Part shown: positions 7,948 through 12,894 of the stretch, in pieces
How the letters are laid out: every line of letters starts with the position of its first letter
Numbering within the stretch: position 1 is the stretch's first letter
DNA from: Myxococcota bacterium
Lineage (GTDB): Bacteria > Myxococcota_A > UBA796 > GCA-2862545
Length of the DNA: 12,894 nt
Direction: 5' to 3'
NCBI GenBank assembly: GCA_039208735.1
Contig: JBCCQY010000213.1
Coordinates: forward strand, 1-12,894
Made by a program: the position numbers and the translations under genes
The notes under the pieces: generated by a model
What the model saw: the letters and a program-made list of their open reading frames with translations, nothing else
What the model was told of the DNA's origin: nothing
Database searches by the model: none

Positions 7948-9192
7948 CTAGACGTGCCGCATTGCGGCGACGGGTTTGAGCCCAGCGACATGCCAGGCGG
8001 GATAGGCGGCAGCAAGCGTCGTCAGGACGATGGCTCCGACGGTGTACACGGCCATCCGCCCAAACGCGTACTTGCCCTGCAAGACAGCCGACAACACCAC
8101 GCCACCGGTGTCGATCGCATCTTGGCCAAGCATCGAGGAATAGTCGATGCCGTAGGCCACCAGCGGCCAGCTCACCGCCAGGCCCGCAAGAAAGCCAAGC
8201 AAGCTTCCCAACACCCCGAGGATGAAGCCCTCCGCCAAAATGAGGTTCGACAACCGACCTGGCTTCATGCCGACGGCCATCATGACGCCGAACTCCCGCG
8301 TTCGTTCCAGCGCGCTCATCAACACCGTGTTGAGCACGCCCAGCGTCACGATGAGCCCAAGGATGGTGAGCATCACGTCGCCACTTTGACGGTCGACCTG
8401 AATGAGCCCGTAGATCTCGGGCAATGCCTCACGCCATGACAGCACCGCGAGGTCCGACCGCGCGGACAGTGCAGCGGCGGTTTGGTCGGTCGCCTCAAAG
8501 GCTTGGGTGGGATCCGCGAGGTGGACCGTGACCTGGTGAGCGACGTCTTCGGCACCCAACAACTCGCGCCCCGCCGACAGGTGGCCCATCGTGACCAGGC
8601 CGTCCATCTCGGCCGCCCCGGTCCGAAAGATCCCCTTGATTCGGAACAAGCGACTGGCCATCTCATCGCTGGTGCCGAACTGCCCCATGAATACGACTTT
8701 GTCCCCGATTCCCACGTCGAGAGATTGAGCCATTTTGGCGCCAATAAGGATTCCGCGGTCGTCCTCGTCGAGCCACGTGCCCTCCACGATGCGATCATCG
8801 AGGGTTTGAACCGCAGCTTCGGCAAGGGGGTCGACCCCCGAGAATGCAGCGGCCACGGAGTTCGTGGGGCTGGTCACTAGTCCGCCCAGCTGAATCCGCG
8901 GGGCAATCGTGGCGTCAGGAAACGCCTGTGCGAGCTGATCGGCGATGCCATCCGCGCGGCCCACCAGCAGCTCGGAGTCCCGCTCTTCCTGGTAGCCCTC
9001 GTGCTGAATGACGACATGGCCCGCAAGCGTGCTGACTCCCTGACGAATCATGTCGTCGTATTGGCCGCTCTGCAGCGTGATGGTGAGGTGGATCATGGCC
9101 AAGCCAAACGTGATGGCGGCCAGCGTGATCAAGGTTCGGCGGAGGTTCCGTCCGAGATTTCGGAAGGCGAGCATCAACGTGTTCATGTTCAC
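7948..9192 (-). CDS. ABC transporter permease, FtsX/MacB/LolCE type
   Basis: LAFRNLGRNLRRTLITL start, one TM, a large periplasmic domain, GVLNTVLMSALERTREFGVMMAVG and a C-terminal AAYPAW..LKPV. Confidence 0.93.
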   Translation of the reverse strand: MNMNTLMLAFRNLGRNLRRTLITLAAITFGLAMIHLTITLQSGQYDDMIRQGVSTLAGHVVIQHEGYQEERDSELLVGRADGIADQLAQAFPDATIAPRIQLGGLVTSPTNSVAAAFSGVDPLAEAAVQTLDDRIVEGTWLDEDDRGILIGAKMAQSLDVGIGDKVVFMGQFGTSDEMASRLFRIKGIFRTGAAEMDGLVTMGHLSAGRELLGAEDVAHQVTVHLADPTQAFEATDQTAAALSARSDLAVLSWREALPEIYGLIQVDRQSGDVMLTILGLIVTLGVLNTVLMSALERTREFGVMMAVGMKPGRLSNLILAEGFILGVLGSLLGFLAGLAVSWPLVAYGIDYSSMLGQDAIDTGGVVLSAVLQGKYAFGRMAVYTVGAIVLTTLAAAYPAWHVAGLKPVAAMRHV

Positions 9193-10418
9193 TCCGACCG
9201 AATGGCTTCGACGGGTTTCAGGTTTGCAGCCCGAATCGCCGGGTAGAGCGACGCAAGCACGCTCACCAGCAGCACCGCAACCAAGATCTGGACGATCGAC
9301 TCCACCTTGACGACGCCCTTGATGACGGGGTCGATGGTCACACCCGAGAAGCTAAATCCGTCCTCGGCGGCGGCCGACATGTCGAATCCCACCGTCACGA
9401 CGTAGTAGTCGAGCACGGCCCCCAACCCGAGTCCCATGGCCGACGCGACCACGGCCAGGAACAAGCTTTCAATGACGATGAGGGCGACGAGACGACCCGC
9501 CCGAATGCCGAGGGCGCGCAACACGCCCAGCTCTCGGGTCCGTTCGAACACCGACATCATCATCGTGTTGAGCACCCCAAAGGCCGCCGCGCCAAACACG
9601 ATGCCCAAGATGATGAACACCGCCACATCGCGACTTCCCATGAGCTGAGCCGTCTGAGGACTCGCGATCCACCAAGGTTGAATCTCAACATCTTCCCGAT
9701 CAACGATCGCTTCGATGCCGGTCACGTAGGGCTCAATGGCCTCCGCATCCTTCGTCAGCGCCGTAATCTGGTGGATTTGGTCATGTAACACCAGCAGTTC
9801 TTGGAGATCGCCGAGCGTGAGGTAGGCCCCGTTCCGGTCCATCTGGGTGTTGCCGGACCGGTAGGTGCCCACCACGTTCAAGACCGCGTTCCCGAGCGAC
9901 CCATCGGCGGCTTGGGTCACCACCACGACGCCATCTCCGAGGCCCACGTCCAGTTCCTCGGCCAGCTTCTCGCCAAGCGCAATCTCGCCGGGCCCCTCGA
10001 TGAACCGCCCCGCCTTGGTGCGCTCATCCAGTGGAAAGGTCTGCAACAGGCGCTCGGGCACGACCCCAACCAGCATCGCGCCGGCGGATTTGTCTTCGCC
10101 ACCGACGAGGGCAAAGCCGTTGAGGCGCCCACTCACTGCGGCGGTGCTCTCGAGGCCATCGAGCTGTTCGACCAGGGCCGCCGCGTCGGGGACCGTGTCG
10201 TGGAGCACCCGGCCTGCAGGGTACTCGGGATGATGGATTTGGACGTGGCCCAGTTGTTGTTCGACCATCACCTCGAAGAGGTTCTCGAAGGTGCCGTCCT
10301 GAAACGCCACCATGGCCATGCACAGCGCAACCCCAACGGCCATGGCGCCGGCGGTGATGAGCGAGCGGCGGGTGTGGCGCCAGAGGTTGCGCCACGCCAC
10401 CGAAATGAGCAGCATCAT
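9189..10418 (-). CDS. ABC transporter permease, FtsX/MacB/LolCE type
   Basis: VAWRNLWRHTRRSLIT, GVLNTMMMSVFERTRELGVLRALG and SLYPAIRAANLKPVEAIR. Same topology as the adjacent permease. Confidence 0.93.
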   Translation of the reverse strand: MMLLISVAWRNLWRHTRRSLITAGAMAVGVALCMAMVAFQDGTFENLFEVMVEQQLGHVQIHHPEYPAGRVLHDTVPDAAALVEQLDGLESTAAVSGRLNGFALVGGEDKSAGAMLVGVVPERLLQTFPLDERTKAGRFIEGPGEIALGEKLAEELDVGLGDGVVVVTQAADGSLGNAVLNVVGTYRSGNTQMDRNGAYLTLGDLQELLVLHDQIHQITALTKDAEAIEPYVTGIEAIVDREDVEIQPWWIASPQTAQLMGSRDVAVFIILGIVFGAAAFGVLNTMMMSVFERTRELGVLRALGIRAGRLVALIVIESLFLAVVASAMGLGLGAVLDYYVVTVGFDMSAAAEDGFSFSGVTIDPVIKGVVKVESIVQILVAVLLVSVLASLYPAIRAANLKPVEAIRSE

Positions 10419-10420
10419 GA

Positions 10421-11137
10421 CTACTTCTTCAGCGCCTGCAGCGTGAACAAGCGGTCATCGAGGTCGGCCGCCAAATCGAGTTCCGAGTACCGCATTTCCG
10501 TGAATTCCCCTGGCTTGTCATGAGGAACGAGGCGGAACCGCATCGGCGCGAGCTTTCCATCGACCGTCTGGACGTCCGAAAACTCCATCGAACGCACCAA
10601 CTCCCCGCGCTCATCGAAGTAATCGACCTTGACCGGGACCTGGTCAGCGCGCACCGTCACCACCACCTTGCCCCACACGACCGGCGCGTCCGGCTTCGGC
10701 ACACAGGCGATGACGTAGTTGCCTTTGCCGTCTTGGGGCTTCGACACGAACTCGTAGGTGAAGTCCTCCGAGAGTCGGGATTCGCGCACCAAATCATCGT
10801 TGGTGAAATGCGACCCCATCCAAGCGCCGCTCATCATCCCCGCCGGCACCTTCATCGTCCGGTCTACTTTGGGCAGGTAATTCCAGAGGTTTTCGTCGAC
10901 CTTGAGGGTGGCCACCCCCGCATCCTTGGCCGGCTCGAGAATTCGGATCAGCGACTTCTCCGTTCCCTTGCTGAACACCTGCATTTTCATGGAGCGCTCG
11001 TAGCGCGAGGTCTTGACTTGCATCTCGATCGTGGCTTGGCTCGAGTCGCCGCGCGACACATCGTCGGTGGCCCGAAGCAACTCCTCGATCGTAGGGTCCG
11101 CCGCGAAGGCGCCCAACGCGTACAGCAACACCATCAT
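10421..11137 (-). CDS. Periplasmic LolA-like 'outer membrane lipoprotein-sorting protein' (TP0789-like family)
   Basis: Leader ending AFA, then EKSLIRILEPAKDAGVATL, LWNYLPKVDRTMKV, WMGSHFTNDDL, KVDYFDERGELVR and FTLQAL, which are typical of this family. Confidence 0.85.
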   Translation of the reverse strand: MMVLLYALGAFAADPTIEELLRATDDVSRGDSSQATIEMQVKTSRYERSMKMQVFSKGTEKSLIRILEPAKDAGVATLKVDENLWNYLPKVDRTMKVPAGMMSGAWMGSHFTNDDLVRESRLSEDFTYEFVSKPQDGKGNYVIACVPKPDAPVVWGKVVVTVRADQVPVKVDYFDERGELVRSMEFSDVQTVDGKLAPMRFRLVPHDKPGEFTEMRYSELDLAADLDDRLFTLQALKK

Positions 11138-11604
11138 CTTTCCTCCGAAGTTGCGTACCGGTCGATCACCGGCAGGATTTCTCGCTCAAGGTAAAGAACG
11201 AAGTCGCGCAACTTCTCGATTCGGTCCCGGCGAGCTGGTGGATCGTCAGCCATGAGGGTGAGGCCCTGATCGGCGACCCCCACGAAGATGCGCAAGAAAG
11301 TCAGGTAGCGACGTGCAATGTCAGGCCAAGGATGGTCCTGCACGGCCACGTAGGTGGCGCGACTGTTGGGCACCGCAACCTTGTCGAGGATGCCCGACCG
11401 CAACAACTGACGAATCGCCGTGCTGACGGCGCCCCGAGACGCATCGAGCGTCTCTGCGATCTGTTGTGCCGTCTGATGTGGCGGGTCAGAGATGAGCAAC
11501 AGCCCCAACACGCGCCCGGCCATCCGGGTTTCCCCCATTTCATCGGCGATGAGACCGACCTCCTCGACGAAGTGGGACTCCCGAATGGCACGGTCGCTCG
11601 TCAT
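11134..11604 (-). CDS. GbsR/MarR-family winged-helix transcriptional regulator
   Basis: G.TRMAGRVLGLLLISDPPHQTAQQIAETLDASRGAVSTAIRQL wHTH followed by VPNSRATY. ATG 11604 has GGGAG 8 nt upstream, whereas ATG 11628 sits inside the palindrome. Confidence 0.88.
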   Translation of the reverse strand: MTSDRAIRESHFVEEVGLIADEMGETRMAGRVLGLLLISDPPHQTAQQIAETLDASRGAVSTAIRQLLRSGILDKVAVPNSRATYVAVQDHPWPDIARRYLTFLRIFVGVADQGLTLMADDPPARRDRIEKLRDFVLYLEREILPVIDRYATSEER

Positions 11605-11617
11605 GCAGTCGACTCCC

Positions 11618-11637
11618 AGTTCAGTCATGACTGAACT
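11618..11637. promoter_or_regulatory. Perfect 20-bp palindrome, probable operator of the GbsR/MarR regulator
   Basis: AGTTCAGTCA|TGACTGAACT, located just upstream of the regulator's RBS. Confidence 0.75.
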
Positions 11638-11642
11638 TTCGA

Positions 11643-11670
11643 AATTTAGCTAATGGATCCGATGGAGCAA
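11643..11670 (-). promoter_or_regulatory. Candidate sigma70 promoter for the regulator-ABC operon
   Basis: Minus strand TTGCTC (11670-11665), 16-nt spacer, TAAATT (11648-11643). The predicted start site near 11636 falls in the palindrome. Confidence 0.45.
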
Positions 11671-11737
11671 GGCAAGCGACACACCAGTGTCGATTCCCCC
11701 GGGCCGACATTCCTGGTAGGATTCCCGGCCTGGAGCA

Positions 11738-12568
11738 GTGGAAGTCATGGGTGTTTTGGTCGGCGTCGACCTTCCGGCGGGAGGTCATGAATGGCTCGTG
11801 AGTCGTGCGGGGGACTACGCGCGGCGAATGAGCACCCAGGTCGACATGGTCTACTTTGTAGGCGACGATGCCGACCCGCCGGCGCACGTACCTGCGCTCC
11901 AGGCCTACCTCGACACCTTGCCCAAGGGCGTTCGGGGAACGCCTCGGGTGGCCGTTCAGGCGCCGGCTGATGGTCTGGTCGAGCTGTCGTCCGACTACGA
12001 TTTGTTGGTGCTCGGGTCTCGCGAGCCACCGGCCCTGGAGCGGCTCCTCAAGGGGGCGATGGCAGGAAAGGTGTTGCGCCGTTCCCACTGTCCCGTCCTC
12101 GTGCCGCACTCGGTGGGTGAACAACCCGAAGTGATGCGGCTCATCGTGGGCGTCGACGTCACGAGCCCGGACCCCGACCGCGTGCTTTCCATGGGCGCCG
12201 AGTGGGCGGGCCGGGTCGGCGGTAAGCTTGACGGCCTCTACGTTGAGGTGGGCCGCCTGCCCCACATCGCGGACCGGTCGGTGCGTGAGGCGGCCGAGCG
12301 AGAATGGGTGGCGCTACGCCAACCCCAACTCGACCGGCTCAAGGCCCTGATGCACGCGGCCATCCCCGAGGCTCAGCGGGGCGAAGCACTGCTGCGACGG
12401 GGCGAACCGGAAGACGTCCTCGTCCAGCTTTCGGCCGACTACGACGTCGTGTTGGTCGGCAATCGCAACCGGGAGGGGATCGCCCGCCTCGTGCTCGGCG
12501 CAGTGGCGACCGCCGTGGCGCGCCGGTCCGGATGCGACGTCATCAGTCTGCCCACCGCCGATACGTAG
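11738..12568 (+). CDS. Universal stress protein with two tandem USP domains
   Basis: VLVGVD...YDLLVLGSR...LLKGAMAGKVLRRSHCPVLV and LIVGVD...YDVVLVGNR...LVLGAVATAVARRSGCDVI. Start is GTG 11738 or ATG 11747. Confidence 0.92.
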   Translation: MEVMGVLVGVDLPAGGHEWLVSRAGDYARRMSTQVDMVYFVGDDADPPAHVPALQAYLDTLPKGVRGTPRVAVQAPADGLVELSSDYDLLVLGSREPPALERLLKGAMAGKVLRRSHCPVLVPHSVGEQPEVMRLIVGVDVTSPDPDRVLSMGAEWAGRVGGKLDGLYVEVGRLPHIADRSVREAAEREWVALRQPQLDRLKALMHAAIPEAQRGEALLRRGEPEDVLVQLSADYDVVLVGNRNREGIARLVLGAVATAVARRSGCDVISLPTADT

Positions 12569-12569
12569 G

Positions 12570-12765
12570 GCTGGCGGCAGCTCGATTAAAGCGTGTGGAC
12601 AGTTTGCCGCCACACCCTCCTTCTCGGAGGCAACCCCAGTGCAAACACTGGAGATTCCTGCTTCGACAGGGCCCGTTAGCTCGTCGTGGCCGTAGCGGTG
12701 ACGAACCAGAGCGAGGCCCCTCCACAGGCATGTTTCACGACCCCGAGGGCTTCTCGGAGGTCGGA
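12570..12765 (-). ncRNA. Putative TnpB omegaRNA (reRNA) scaffold plus guide; boundaries approximate
   Basis: Minus strand order: stem CGACC(T)CCGAG-AAGCC-CTCGGGGTCG overlapping the tnpB end, AAACATGCCTGTGGAGG, a long stem, TCGAAGCAGGAAT (CCTGT pairs with GCAGG), then hairpin CTCCAGTG-TTTG-CACTGGGG. This layout matches TnpB reRNAs as recalled. Confidence 0.7.
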
Positions 12766-12894
12766 AGCGGGAGCCCCGGGTACTGGCCGAGGTTGCTCGC
12801 AGCGTTGGTGTCGCGGTCCGCTTCGAAGCCGCAACGGCAGCAGTGGAAGGTGCGCTGGCCCAGCGGGACCCGGTCGCCGACGTGGCCGCAGGCG
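12586..12894 (-). mobile_element. Right end of an IS200/IS605- or IS607-superfamily element (or a standalone tnpB)
   Basis: tnpB 3' end plus subterminal hairpins. The boundary lies somewhere in 12586-12633. The left end and any tnpA are outside the window. Confidence 0.7.
12735..12893 (-). CDS. tnpB: TnpB-family RNA-guided endonuclease, C-terminal 52 aa (5' part outside the window; not in the ORF track)
   Basis: Manual translation gives ACGHVGDRVPLGQRTFHCCRCGFEADRDTNAASNLGQYPGLPLPTSEKPSGS*. It contains the zinc-ribbon (C)xxCG...F.CxxCG and the RuvC-III motif DRDxNAAxN. Confidence 0.92.
   Translation of the reverse strand, partial: ACGHVGDRVPLGQRTFHCCRCGFEADRDTNAASNLGQYPGLPLPTSEKPSGS

Noticed and set aside
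7204..11137. Assigning the gene symbols lolA/lolC/lolD/lolE or macB
   Set aside because: Family-level similarity only. The local repressor and barrel gene argue against the housekeeping Lol pathway, and there is no MacA or TolC in the operon.
11694..11730. Three ATTCC words upstream of usp
   Set aside because: Too short and irregularly spaced to distinguish from chance.
11621..12265. 214-aa minus-strand ORF, plus other alternative-frame ORFs such as 2391-3296, 5793-6410, 9801-10523 and 10520-11194
   Set aside because: They overlap well-supported genes in other frames or strands and have Arg/Pro/Gly-rich or motif-free translations typical of spurious GC-rich ORFs.
12543..12731. 62-aa minus-strand ORF just after tnpB
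   Set aside because: It coincides with the structured omegaRNA/right end, overlaps the usp 3' end, and has no clear RBS or protein motif.

Overview
High-GC bacterial chromosomal window. The gene content (AgmX/PglI-like protein, clpX-lon) suggests a Myxococcota/deltaproteobacterial organism, by inference. Left: 3' end of clpX, then lon, a convergent SDR oxidoreductase with a twin T-N11-A operator, a tRNA-Val(TAC)/tRNA-Asp(GTC) pair with promoter and terminator, a monoheme cytochrome c, an AgmX/PglI/TonB-C-like protein and uppP. Middle: a three-copy hairpin repeat, then a tightly coupled six-gene minus-strand operon. It encodes a GbsR/MarR repressor with a perfect 20-bp palindrome, a LolA-like periplasmic protein, two FtsX/LolCE-type permeases, a LolD-like ATPase and a probable outer-membrane beta-barrel. 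Right: a tandem-domain universal stress protein, then the C-terminus of a TnpB RNA-guided nuclease missed by the ORF track, with a recognisable but apparently extended omegaRNA/right-end region. The most notable points are the TnpB/omegaRNA locus, the uncharacterised trans-envelope ABC system, and three exported proteins with unusually short, uncharged signal peptides.
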